Shown: one piece after another, positions 52,289 through 64,000 of the stretch
How positions within the stretch are numbered: position 1 is the first letter of the stretch
Layout of the letters: each line of letters opens with the position of its first letter
Origin: Bispira polyomma
Taxonomy: Eukaryota
Direction: 5' to 3'
DNA length: 64,000 nt
NCBI GenBank assembly: GCA_965649765.1
Contig: OZ287759.1
Location: 28,892,001 to 28,956,000, forward strand
Translations under genes and position numbers: made by a program
Notes under the pieces: generated by a model
Seen by the model: the letters and a program-made list of their open reading frames with translations, nothing else
Told to the model about the DNA's origin: nothing
Database searches by the model: none

Positions 52289-55200
52289 ACAAAATGTGAA
52301 AACCGTTGGATTGTGGGATTTAAACCATTGTCATCAAATGCTCCTATTATTAGTCTTTCTTAAATGGCAGGTTTTGGTCTTGAACCTTTTGGCCAATAAG
52401 CTTTCACATTAATGATGTCAACAGCTATCCAGGGTCAAAGGTTAACTCGTCCAATTGTCCTTGCTACCCGAATCCTATTTTGTGGAACCGTGTATTGTAT
52501 TGTATTTTGCATTTTTAACATGCCTTATTTGTGCAAGGCATCTCCTAAAGAGCAACAACAGAATTGTTAACCAATAGAGAAGTCTGAACAACATAGCCAG
52601 GTTGTGAGGAAGGATGTGGGGATGTACAGGAAGGGAACTAAGGGGTGGGGTGGGCTAATCGAATTTGAGGAGATAGATGTTAAGTTTTTTCCTAAACCCA
52701 GAAAGTGTTTTCCATGACATATGTATGTATGTATGTGCAATGATTGAGAAAGCTCTAGATCCATCCTTCTTGGTGGGTTCAGCAGAGGAAACAGAAAGGC
52801 TCTTACTTTTCTTAAGGTTACTGCAGAAGGAAAGATTAGTAGCAAGCTATGTAAATGTTTGTTGTGCCAATAATTCCTGCTTAAGTAGGTATGTCTTATT
52901 AGTGACTTGTAGATTGTACTAACCACCATGGCCCAATAGTTAAGGAGTTGGTCTGGTTAGATTAGAAGGTTCCTGGTGCAACATCTAGGTTAGAGGAGTT
53001 GGTATGGTGATCGAAAAGGTACCTAGGAGCTTAAGTCCCACTAATACCACTAAGTTTGATTTGTGAGAATATATCATCCTTTGTCAAGATCTAAACACGC
53101 CATTTCCATTTCCAATGACGATAATTGGAGTTCAGCAGTAACCCAGCTTAAGCATGATTTTCACTAAACAGGTTGAAGTGTCATAAATGGGATTAGACCG
53201 AGTTTTCTGTCCTCGCTGATGCTTTGATTAAATTATGGTACGCACAATGCGGGACAGAGCGGTTACCATAAGCAAAAGTCTTCAAATCTGACACGGCTAT
53301 TTACTATATACCATACAAATATACGTCATTATTTTCAAATAATGCTATTTAATTAATTAAGTACTTTTAGGTTGCCCATAAGTTAGAGTATTGTGTACCG
53401 CTATTCCATTAGTCAATATACAACCACAGATTAACTGGAAAGTGATATATTGTTGACTTTTGCTTATGGTAGCTGCTCTGTTGGTAACAGCCGCACATCA
53501 GTAAAACACAGGTGTTTTAGCAACAGATACTTCGGTCTAAAAAGGGATCTGACTTAATAGAATGTATATACAGTCAAACATTGATCTACATTGTAGATAT
53601 ACATAGAAGATTCTGTATATTAAGTATAATATTCACAAAGATTCTTATTCTGAGACTTTTATTTCAACCAATTGATTGGCTAATTTTTTTTTTCAAACAT
53701 TCTAATTGGCTGAGCCTAGAAAATTCTAAGAATTGCAATTCAAATGATGTTTGTGAATAGTCGTCCCCAGGTTTTGCCTTTAGGAAATATGTACAGTAAT
53801 GTTTGCTTGGTATAGTCTGTTTATTTATTGATTAGTTTTGTTTTGTACAAAACTTAAGTGATTCTGTTTTGTGTCAGTTTATTTAATGTTTTTAATGGGA
53901 AATTTGTCTGTGTTTTTTAACACTGTTGTATTGTGTATATTTGTAATGATTTATCAGCTATAACATAATTTGGAATGTGATGTGCATGGTTTTGGCTGTG
54001 ACATACAGAAATGTCACGGTTTACAATTTATGTATCAACACTCATATTGTTGAAAATACATATGTTAGAATTAAAATCTTAGAAAAACATTCAAGCCATA
54101 TACAATAGTATGACAAAATCAATACACAGTATATTGTGATCTGATTTGAGGAAAAATGTCATAGCCCCAGGATAAAGTTGAGTTTTGTTACACAGCATGT
54201 GACTAAGTCTTATCAAATGCAACTCTTACACTCTCACGAGGGGAACAATGAGTTTAGCTACACATCATGTTTCAGCCAATAAAAAATGGGATGATTGAAC
54301 TCATTTATTATATGTAACAATTATATTAATATGCAATTGAAGTTTATAGAGAAACTCATATTCGCTTCAATTAAGCGAGTATATGATTGAAAAACCAATC
54401 AATATTGTCTTAGAGCTTCAAAATTAGTATGTATATGTACTGTTTTGCTGGAAATGTTAGCTGGAAGAAATTTGATATTATTTTTTTAATATTAAGAAAT
54501 TGGTTTGATTTAATTCATTTTAATAGGTTAAATACAGCTTTGAATATTGACATTCTCTAAGCTGATTAGCTAAATAGATACTATTAATTTGTGGTGAAAA
54601 TTTTAACTTATACACATGTAACAAATATACTTTTTTACAAATTGTGTCACTATATTAATTATACTTCAACTGTTAAATTAGTAATACTATTCCAGTGTTG
54701 TATAATTTGTAAGTATAGCTTATTTTAGTTTTCATATTCAGCATGGAAAAATATTTTATTGGACAGTTTTTGTGTCATTTCACAGTTTACATTATTCACA
54801 AGTATGCAATTTTACACAGGTTTTAGTGGACCCATTGTATGCTATATATCTAATGAAGAGAATAGCAATAACAGAATTATGTTTATAAAAATATTAAATG
54901 GCTACATTATTGAATGAATATGAACCAAAATCAGGTATCCTAAATGAGTACATTGTATTGTTTACTTTAACTGTCTTGTATATTGAACTGCTATAAAGTA
55001 CATATAATGTCAATAGGGTCAACACTGTATAAAATAACTTGTGTTTTTTAGCATTTTGTTTTTTAAAGTAAAGCTGATACATAACGGCCCAAAGTAATAC
55101 ATGAATATATAAGTGGTTGAAGAAATGTTTTGAATTTTTGATTTGTGTAATTCCTCATTCATGGTTCCCAGATCTGTTATTAATATTTATAATAATTGTT

Positions 55201-55299
55201 TTTAACTACGGTGTAAATCACTGTTAGGCACAATAATAGTTAACCATTTTAAATGATTCTTTGTCAATATGCAAAGGATTATTTAGCGATGATGTTGTT

Positions 55300-55740
55300 C
55301 CATGAACTGTTTGAACTGTCAATATCATTGTACATACTGACCGGAAACGTCACCTGCCATAGGTAGTTTAATACGCACAGTACCAAAATACAATGAGCCA
55401 ATATGACACAGCAATACAGTGTAATCAAATACTGGCAGTGATAATATCTTATTTTTAAAAAAATTTGTTATTCAGCACAACAGTGTTATTTTAGCTGAAA
55501 CAATCCAATTCTGTTCAGTTCAACTCTACGGACCAAACAAATGCCTATATTGAAGCTGGTTTTGTCACTGTTGTATCGTCCCTATTACATAGAACAGAAA
55601 CTATAAACTGTTTGAATTGTAAATATTATTGTATATACTGAGCGGAAACGTCACCTTCGATAGGTGAATTTAATACGCCGAAGCAAATGCACAACACCAA
55701 AATACAATACAATTGTATCGTCCCTATTACATAGCACAGA
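55300..55740. repeat. Diverged direct duplication with ~300-bp offset
   Basis: AACTGTTTGAA-TGT-AATAT-ATTGTA-ATACTGA-CGGAAACGTCACCT at ~55305 and ~55607. Confidence 0.8.
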
Positions 55741-58497
55741 ACTGAATTTTATGTTAATAGAGTTCAACACATAATGGCACTTGTCTGTTAAAACAAAAAC
55801 ATTATACAAAATTTTGGAAAAAAACTTGCAGCATGGTCACCTGTTTTTACGTAAGCGTATTTAGGATATATTGAACAAAATTGTAGAGAAATAATCTAAA
55901 ATTTGCCCAGGCAAAAATTTAAAAAAAACTTTGTCAACTAAATTTTTGTTTTGTCAAGGGGAATTATTGTTTCATCCAGCCAAATTATTATTTCCACCAG
56001 GCAAATGTCCTAACATTGGCTAAATACTGATTTACCCTAAATACTATTTACCATATGAATAATATTTTATTGAAAGGACATATTTTTCAGTTGTTGCAGC
56101 TTTTTTTTAAATTACATTTTATTGGTAAACAAATGGCAGGGAAACTAATGTCAGATTTGTTGAATATTCAAAAGTCCAATTTGTACTTAATGTTACTTGT
56201 GAAAGGGTATCAACACCCTTATTGTGTTCACAATATGTTTTTTTTTACTAAAGGTTAACTTCTACATGTATTTATCTTATCTGTGTATCAAGGGTTCTCT
56301 AGGGCTATTTTAAGTACACATATGCAATATATTTAACCAAAGAATTACTGTGATTAAAGGATTTGATGTCAAGTAGATTCTGTAGCTGCCAAGGTTTAAG
56401 TGTTACATATTATACTTGTAAAAATTAAAACCACATACTGTACCAATTCAAAAATTCACCCTTGATATAAAAAGCTTTGCGAAGGACAGCCACTAGAAAA
56501 GCACCAGATGTCAATTTCCTGCTTTAATAAAGTTAACTCCCTTATAAATAGAACCTCAAGGAACATGAATAATAACCTAAACTTTAGCAGGATTTCCATT
56601 TAAGAGGGTATATTTTAAAATAAATGGCCACACTGGGACCACAGATTTACTTCAACATAAAAAGGAAATGAACTGATCAGAGTTCTATTTAAAGGGGTTT
56701 GACTGTATGTTGATATACTGCAAGACCAGAGGCCATATTCACAAAGATTCTTATTCTTAGAATTACTCGTATTCTTATAAATTTTCTAAATCTAAGAATT
56801 TTTTTTGAAACATTCTAAGAATAATATTTTTTACATTTGGTTTCTTAATCTTAATTTTTTTTTTAGAAGAATTACTACCTACAAAGATTCCAATTTTTGT
56901 TCCATTCTTAGATTTTACCTTCATTTAAATTTTTTTTCTTAAAAAAGTCAAAGAACAGAAATAAAATAAATTTGAAAATTGCTATTCTTTGAATTTTTGT
57001 TTAATCTGTGGCACTATAGAGTAAGGAATCTAAAATTGGCCACTGTATCTGAAATTGACCACCTGGAAAATGTTGTCTTTATTGTAGAATTGTGGGTAAC
57101 ATTTGCTGAAATCAAGATTTTTGTGACTATTTGGCCTTACTTAACCCGATTCCAGTTATATTTCGCCAGTTTTTATTGTTTTGGTTTAAATTTTAGGTGT
57201 GGTGAATTTCAGATACAGTGGCCAATTTTAGATTCCTTATTCTAACTGCTTGGTGGAGGTGTGTACTCTACTGAGTGCCCTTAATCTAGCCAAACATGAA
57301 AAATAAGTTAAGACAATGTCATTACATTTTGTGTTTGTGAACATTTTATATGTCAAGAGTGAAATTTTGATTGTTGCTTGTTATATTTTGGGAAAAACAA
57401 ATAAAACATAGAAATACAAGTATTTTGTTTTTGTATTCAAAACTGAGGTACTTTGTTATAATTTACACACTTAAAAGGAACTTTGTCTTTTACACATACA
57501 ATGATCTATGAAAAGTCAGGATTTGTTGTAATCTATAGACATTCTTGTGGTATAATTGGCATGTTCTAATTGATTTTACTTTGTTTTTGACAAACTGACA
57601 ATAATAATCTAGATAGATCAAATAAAAGAACAGCATTTCAACCATAAGAATAACCTATCAGCGGGACATGAAGGAAATAATTTTTTAATAGGTTACACAT
57701 AACTGGAGTCACCAATGCACCAACTACTTCCAGCATTCAATAAATTACTGCTTGTTGCTATTTACAAACCGAAAATAATAATCGAGATATATATCAAGTA
57801 AAGAAGAACATATTTATGTACTTAACCCCTTTTGTCCACAAGAGAAAACTGACATTAGGGAACGAAATGAAGATTTTTTTGGTAATAGGTTACAGATAGC
57901 TGAAGTAACTGAAACACACACCACAGACTACTTCCAGGAGTCAATAACTGCCTCCTGTATAATTTTGGCACCACAGCCACAATATGGTCTCTGAATTTCC
58001 TTATTACAAATGCTATGATTTTTTTAGCAGGTCTCTTTTTAGGGGTGTGGGCAAAACTTCTGACATATTACCGTTTCACCTGTGACCTTTACAAAGGCTA
58101 CATGATTAAAAATAAAATTTTATGTTACACCTGGTTCTCACAACTTTTCTCTGACAGTATTCTTTTTACCTCAACAAGAATTGGCATGTGCATTGTATAT
58201 GATAATATTGAATTCCGGATTGATGAGGCAAGAACTGAGCAAATGACGGGCCATTGATTGTGCAGTTTTGGTGAATCACCGGTCTTAAAAGTTGAAGTGT
58301 GTCCATCCTTCGTTGCCTTACCCCTCTACATTTTAACCCCTCTCTTCCACCTCTCCATATGCAACAAGTATGGATTGAGTATTTCATAAGTGTTTCCTGG
58401 GTGTACAAATGATCCGTTTTATCATTTCAAAGGTATTGTATATGTTTATAGAGATAAAGTGTTATGTGTGAGAGAGGATTTGTTTCTCCAACAAAAT

Positions 58498-58563
58498 GCC
58501 TTATATATATCTTTTATTGTTGATATATATTTCGATAATCTTATGGATAATCTCATCAGAGGC
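58498..58563 (-). ncRNA. Type I hammerhead ribozyme
   Basis: Minus strand: GCCT-CTGATGA-GATTATC cataa GATTATC-GAAA-TATATATC aacaataaaa GATATATA-TA-AGGC. Complete core; stem I 4 bp, stem II 6/7 bp, stem III 8 bp plus the core A-U pair. Confidence 0.88.
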
Positions 58564-59349
58564 TGATAAATGATTATAATTTTTCCTTGAAGTACTATAA
58601 TTGACTCCGGTTGCCTCCGGCGGATCCAAGGCTTCCTCCGTTTGAGCCATGGGATCCTCCTTTGAGGTAATGTATTTAGAGGAGTCAGACCATTTTTTTT
58701 TGACCATTTGGGATTAATAAGTAGAGTATTATGGTGTATATTCTATCAAAAATAAGCCCATGGGAATTGGTCTAATGAACATAATGAAGCAAAGGTGACA
58801 ATGCGTTCAGGTTGTATATATGTTCACTGGTGGGGAGATTTATGGTTTCCCTGGTATGAATATTTATGGGGATTTCATACCGATAAATAGTATTAGGATT
58901 AAAAATTGTTGTGTTAATCAATGGGTGACATTGGTTTATGATCACCAAGAGGCCATGTTAGGTCTCAGAAGATTACTTAGTGGGGTTTTTTATATATATA
59001 AGGAAGTAATAGATGTGAAATCGAATTTTTAATAAGATTCCAGCATCGATTACTGTTTCATTTTCTGAAATTGGTATTTTCTAAATATCACAAGGAGGAT
59101 TACTATTTGTGTAATGCCAGGTGTTGATTATAAATTCTTATGATTTTATTACATCATTCAATATATATAATCATCTTGTATATAAGTGTACTAGACAAAT
59201 ATAAATATATATATGAATAAATACCCATAAATAACCTTAACTTTAATATTTTATGAATATTTTGCTAACTTATTAAATATTGTCCATTTAATATAAACAG
59301 TTTTTATCCGTTGAGTGATAAACTTAATTAATATAGTTCCATATTAAGT

Positions 59350-60189
59350 TCATAGTGGTGGGGTTATGTCCCCACACACAGTTTCTAGATATTCCATGAG
59401 CTCAAAGCTGCATTTGGGTTGTGCTATATTGCCCCATCTCTGTGGTGAGGGAGTGGCTAAGCGCATGGGGAGCGGGTCCTCAGGTGAGTGAGTCCTCTCC
59501 TGTAGTGCTACAGCTAAGGGCAGGCCATTGGTTAATCGCTTGGTCTGGTACTTACTGGTATAGTATTCAGGGATACTGACCCCAGGTGTGGTGGGTGGGT
59601 CACTAGTTATGGGTGACCATGGGGAGACTGCAGCTACCTCATCCAAGTGCTTCTGATGGGGAGAAGTAGATGATTCAGTCATCTTTTGTGATGATTGTTG
59701 ACCCTTGTCTTTATAAAACTTTGGGGTGGTGTTGGTGCCTCTATGCGTCACCTTAACCGGATTGGGTAGTGTGCAGATGTCAGTTTGGGTAGTAATGCTC
59801 ACTATTGTCTTGGTGAACAGGGTTTCACTGGTAGCATTGGCAGTGAGAAGAGAGTTGGCTGAGTTATCCAAGAAATCAGGCAAGTCACTAGTACCGGAAA
59901 GTGCCGGAGAGTCCGAAACAAACTGGTCCAAGAAATTCTCTGCGGTTGTGGGAGAATTGTTGGGATGTGTTTGTTCTTCACTATCCACACAGTCCAAAAT
60001 ATTTTGAAAATCATTATGGGCTGGGTGTTTCACAGAGATATGTCTCTTGAGATAGTCTGGTCTTCTAAAACCCAATTTACAAAACCGACAATAGATTCTA
60101 AATTCCTGATGTGAACTTCTAATGTGTCTTCTAAGATTACATTTCTTAGAATAATTTTTGTGACAGATTGCACAAGTAAACCACATCAT
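59350..60189 (-). CDS. Uninterrupted 279-aa ORF: two N-terminal C2H2 zinc fingers and an S/T/P-rich tail; apparent Penelope-like element cargo
   Basis: FTCAICHKNYSKKCNLRRHIRSSH and IYCRFCKLGFRRPDYLKRHISVKH; open frame of 840 nt in AT-rich DNA. Confidence 0.85.
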   Translation of the reverse strand: MMWFTCAICHKNYSKKCNLRRHIRSSHQEFRIYCRFCKLGFRRPDYLKRHISVKHPAHNDFQNILDCVDSEEQTHPNNSPTTAENFLDQFVSDSPALSGTSDLPDFLDNSANSLLTANATSETLFTKTIVSITTQTDICTLPNPVKVTHRGTNTTPKFYKDKGQQSSQKMTESSTSPHQKHLDEVAAVSPWSPITSDPPTTPGVSIPEYYTSKYQTKRLTNGLPLAVALQERTHSPEDPLPMRLATPSPQRWGNIAQPKCSFELMEYLETVCGDITPPL

Positions 60190-60513
60190 AAAACTGTAGT
60201 ATATTTATAATAATATAGATAACCAATTGTTGAGTGGTTACTACTATACACATAAACTAAGATATGTTTAAAATCAGCCAATTTGTTTATGTTGGAGATG
60301 GTGACCAGGTAACTTAGGTGAGTTAAGTGGTGATAATTACATCATAATAGACTGATCGTAGTGTGACGTCATAACGTTGCCTTACGTCAGTGGTGACATT
60401 GTGATGTCACATTCCCTCATTGTGGGTGTTTTGCCCATGTATGAGTTGCCCAATATAGGTAAATATAAAAATAGGTACACCTGGGTTATGGGTGTGATAA
60501 GAGGGCATACAAC

Positions 60514-62927
60514 TCATACAAACATATTGATGCCTGCTGGGTGTATGGTTGGGAAGGCCCAGATTAAATATAATTCCTGGCGTTTACGCCTTTCAGTGGA
60601 ATCTGGTGTGTTATCCATTCCCATCCACTGGAAAATGCTGAACTCCATGTGTTTCACAGAATGATTGTTCTGTGTGAAGTGCCTGGAGACAGGAGTGGAT
60701 TTGTTTGTCTGGAAGTTTTGAACACTTCTGCAGTGTTCATACATTCTTTGTCTGAATGGTCTTTTTGTTTCTCCAATATATTGGAGGCCACATTTTGCAC
60801 AATTTATAATGTAAATTACATTATTTAGTCCACAAGTAATTTTGTGTTTAAGTGGGAGGTTTAAACATTTGAAGACTTTCTTGGTGTTGTAACTGGTGAT
60901 GTTTTCCAGTTTTTTAATCCTAGGACAATAGGTACATTTGCCCAATCTTGTGCAGACTGGGATATGTGTTTGGGTTTTGGTTGTGTCCTGTTTTGGTGGG
61001 AATAGGACTTTAGCTGAGGTGAGCTTGTCCTTTAAATTGGGTAGTTTCCTATATCCAATTAGTGTTTTGACTTGAAGATTTTACTTAGTTCTTCAGTATT
61101 TTGGATTATATTCCAATTGCCATTAATTAGTGGATTAATGTGGGGGTTGAAGGGGTTAAACTGTGTGACCATGACTGGTGTGTCAATGGGTTTTTGTGTG
61201 TGCACTTTATTGAGTAGCTCACTTTGTGAGAATTTGTTTGCCCTTTTGTAATGTTTTTTGAGGGAACTAAATGGGTATCCTCTTTTTAAGTAGTACCCTG
61301 TTAGTTTGTGAGCGTTTTCTTGGAAGTCACTGTCTAACGTACAAATTCTCCTGAGGCGTAAATATTGCCCATAAGGACTTTTATCCAGGACACTTCTTGG
61401 GTGAGCTGAATTAAATGCAAGATACATGTGGGTATCTGTGGGTTTATTGTAGAGAGTTGTGATCAGTTCTCTAGCGGGACTAAACTTGACAGTTGTGTCA
61501 AGAAAGTTAATTTTGTAATGGCTGTATTCATATGTGAATTTAATTGTATCATGTAATGAATTCAGGTACTCAATAAATTTTATGAGTTGTTGTTCCCCAT
61601 GTGTCCAGATCATAAATATGTCATCTATGAATCTCTTCCACACTAAGGGTTTTAGTGAGTAACCATTTAGTGCTTTTGTTTCAAATCTGTCCATGAAAAT
61701 ATTTGCATAGTTAGGTGCAAGGGCTGTGCCCATGGCTGTACCTCCTATTTGGAGGAAGTGATCACCATTAAATTCAAAGTTCATACTGTGTAATACCAAT
61801 TTGAGGAGGTCCAGTATGAAGTTTGCTATTGGTGTTTTAGTGGGGTCACCTCTCAGTTTTTCTCCCACTGCCAATAATCCCTCTTGATTGGGGATATTGG
61901 TATATAAGGATGAGACGTCTAAAGTACATAGGATTGCTCCTTCTGGGATGGCACCTAAGTCTTTAATCTTTTTAATAAAGTCTTGAGTGTCTCTGATATA
62001 GGATTTTGTGGCTGGTACATATTTTTTGATATGTTCATCGACCAGTTTACTAATTCTGCTAGTGGGGTGATTTACAGAACTACATATGGGTCTACCTGGG
62101 ACTCCTTTTTTATGTATTTTGGGGAGTAGGTAGAACCTGCTTTCTGTGCAGTTTTTAGGGCTCAAATGTTCTAGGTTTTTTTCTGATATGAGGCCTTTGT
62201 GTCTCATTTTAATCAGAGTGTTAGTTACTTTCTCACTGACTTCATTTGTGAGGTCATGGTCAAGTTGGGTATAGAAGTTACTATCTCCTAATTGTCTATA
62301 ACCTTCTCTGAGGTAATCAGTTGTGTTCATTACTACAACTGCAGAGCCTTTGTCCGCTTTTTTAATAACTATATCTGGGTTATTACTTAATTCTCTTAGT
62401 TCTACAAATTGGCCTTTGGTCAAGTTTGGATTCTTTCTGGCCTTAGTTTTACTTTTAAGTAATCCTAATTTGAAAGCTCTATGGAAAATCTCCAGTGACT
62501 GGTGTGTCCTTGGTGGTTTCCAATTGCTTTTATCAACAAATTGGTTATGAATATCCTTATATGGGTTTTCACATTCATCTAGGTTAGAGGCCAAGAATTC
62601 AACTAGCTCGTTTTCACTTTGGTCCAAGTGATTTAGGAGGTTGTTGTCTTGAAAGAAGTGGTACTTAAGACAAAGTCTTCTATGGAAGTCTTTGAAGTCT
62701 AACCAAATCTGTGATTTGTTAGGTGGACCAGGTGTGGGGCAAAAAGTTAGGCCTTTTTGTAGTGCAGAGACCTGGTCATCACTCAGGGTCACATCTGACA
62801 GATTAATGACAGTGTGTCCAATGAGGTTGTCCATGGTTCTGCCCTTATGGAGAATACCTGGAGGAGCTGTTTTGGACTCCTCCTTTATATTCCTAAGAAT
62901 GTCTTTATAATTTATCCTTTCCATCAT
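60514..62927 (-). mobile_element. Penelope-like element ORF (RT + Cys linker + GIY-YIG endonuclease, Neptune-like), broken by a single 1-bp deletion at ~61064
   Basis: VINLS, KGLTFCP, KKADKGSAVV, FYLLPKIHK, GRPICS, DVSSLYTNIP, GTAMG, WKRFIDDIF, FLD, KPTD, HP; linker CTRLGKCTYC; EN NVIYIINCAKCGLQYIGET...RMYEH...HF...GIN. Restoring one base, present in the second copy, gives one 804-aa ORF. Confidence 0.95.
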
Positions 62928-62974
62928 AAACAATGTGAAATAGGATTAAGTACTGAAGTCAAGAAAGGGCTCCC

Positions 62975-64000
62975 CTGGTCGATGAACATATCAAAAAATA
63001 TGTACCAGCCACAAAATCGTATATCAGAGACACTCAAGACTTTATTAAAAAGATTAAAGACTTAGGTGCCATCCCAGAAGGAGCAATCCTATGTACTTTA
63101 GACGTCTCATCCTTATATACCAATATCCCCAATCAAGAGGGATTATTGGCAGTGGGAGAAAAACTGAGAGGTGACCCCACTAAAACACCAATAGCAAACT
63201 TCATACTGGACCTCCTCAAATTGGTATTACACAGTATGAACTTTGAATTTAATGGTGATCACTTCCTCCAAATAGGGGGTACAGCCATGGGCACAGCCCT
63301 TGCACCTAACTATGCAAATATTTTCATGGACAGATTTGAAACAAAAGCACTAAATGGTTACTCACTAAAACCCTTAGTGTGGAAGAGATTCATAGATGAC
63401 ATATTTATGATCTGGACACATGGGGAACAACAACTCATAAAATTTATTGAGTACCTGAATTCATTACATGATACAATTAAATTCACATATGAATACAGCC
63501 ATTACAAAATTAACTTTCTTGACACAACTGTCAAGTTTAGTCCTGCTAGAGAACTGATCACAACTCTCTACAATAAACCCACAGATACCCACATGTATCT
63601 TGCATTTAATTCAGCTCACCCAAGAAGTGTCCTGGATAAAAGTCCTTATGGGCAATATTTACGCCTCAGGAGAATTTGTACGTTAGACAGTGACTTCCAA
63701 GAAAACGCTCACAAACTAACAGGGTACTACTTAAAAAGAGGATACCCATTTAGTTCCCTCAAAAAACATTACAAAAGGGCAAACAAATTCTCACAAAGTG
63801 AGCTACTCAATACAGTGCACACACAAAAACCCATTGACACACCAGTCATGGTCACACAGTTTAACCCCTTCAACCCCCACATTAATCCACTAATTAATGG
63901 CAATTGGAATATAATCCAAAATACTGAAGAACTAAGTAAAATCTTCAAGTCAAAACCACTAATTGGATATAGGAAACTACCCAATTTAAAGGACAAGCTC
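62975..64000 (+). mobile_element. Inverted, 5'-truncated second copy of the Penelope-like element, running out of the window
   Basis: Reverse complement of 61021-62045; by eye only 2 substitutions and 1 indel; frame open to the window edge. Confidence 0.95.

Noticed and set aside
58166-59032. Short ORFs 58166-58408, 58501-58707 and 58820-59032 as further cargo genes
   Set aside because: Short, with no recognisable motifs; one overlaps the ribozyme. Not supportable without homologues.
60202-60209. TATAAATA as the TATA box of the ZF ORF
   Set aside because: Only 12 nt from the ATG, so a start site ~30 nt downstream would fall inside the ORF.
58600-62927. Selenoprotein/SECIS or N-terminal endonuclease (Naiad/Chlamys-type) interpretation of the PLE
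   Set aside because: The endonuclease is C-terminal, there is no in-frame TGA in the RT or EN ORFs, and the nearby hairpin lacks an AUGA/GA core.

Overview
AT-rich eukaryotic genomic DNA from an invertebrate animal; a mollusc-like lophotrochozoan is my inference from the repeat landscape. Two intron-rich host genes lie on the + strand, both reconstructed by hand from GT-AG junctions with consistent phases. One is an N-acetylneuraminate lyase (NPL-like; 10 coding exons, 10087-17343; the ATG exon was not found). The other is a complete polypeptide GalNAc-transferase (GALNT family; 13 coding exons, 23019-52288, 567 aa). The rest is mostly repeats: a 26-bp palindromic satellite with 0.5-kb spacers (1-4.5 kb and 9.6-10 kb), a decayed I/Nimb-type LINE, a 5.7-kb DIRS1-type element with identical terminal inverted repeats and an internal complementary region but ruined ORFs, CR1/L2 fragments, tRNA-derived SINEs and many MITEs. 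The most notable structure is at 58.5-64 kb: a young Penelope-like (Neptune-type RT + GIY-YIG) retroelement. It appears to carry a second intact, co-oriented ORF (two C2H2 zinc fingers plus a disordered tail with TQT-like motifs) between the endonuclease and a type I hammerhead ribozyme, and it is joined head-to-head to a ~99.7% identical inverted partial copy. Coordinates were counted by hand; repeat boundaries are approximate.
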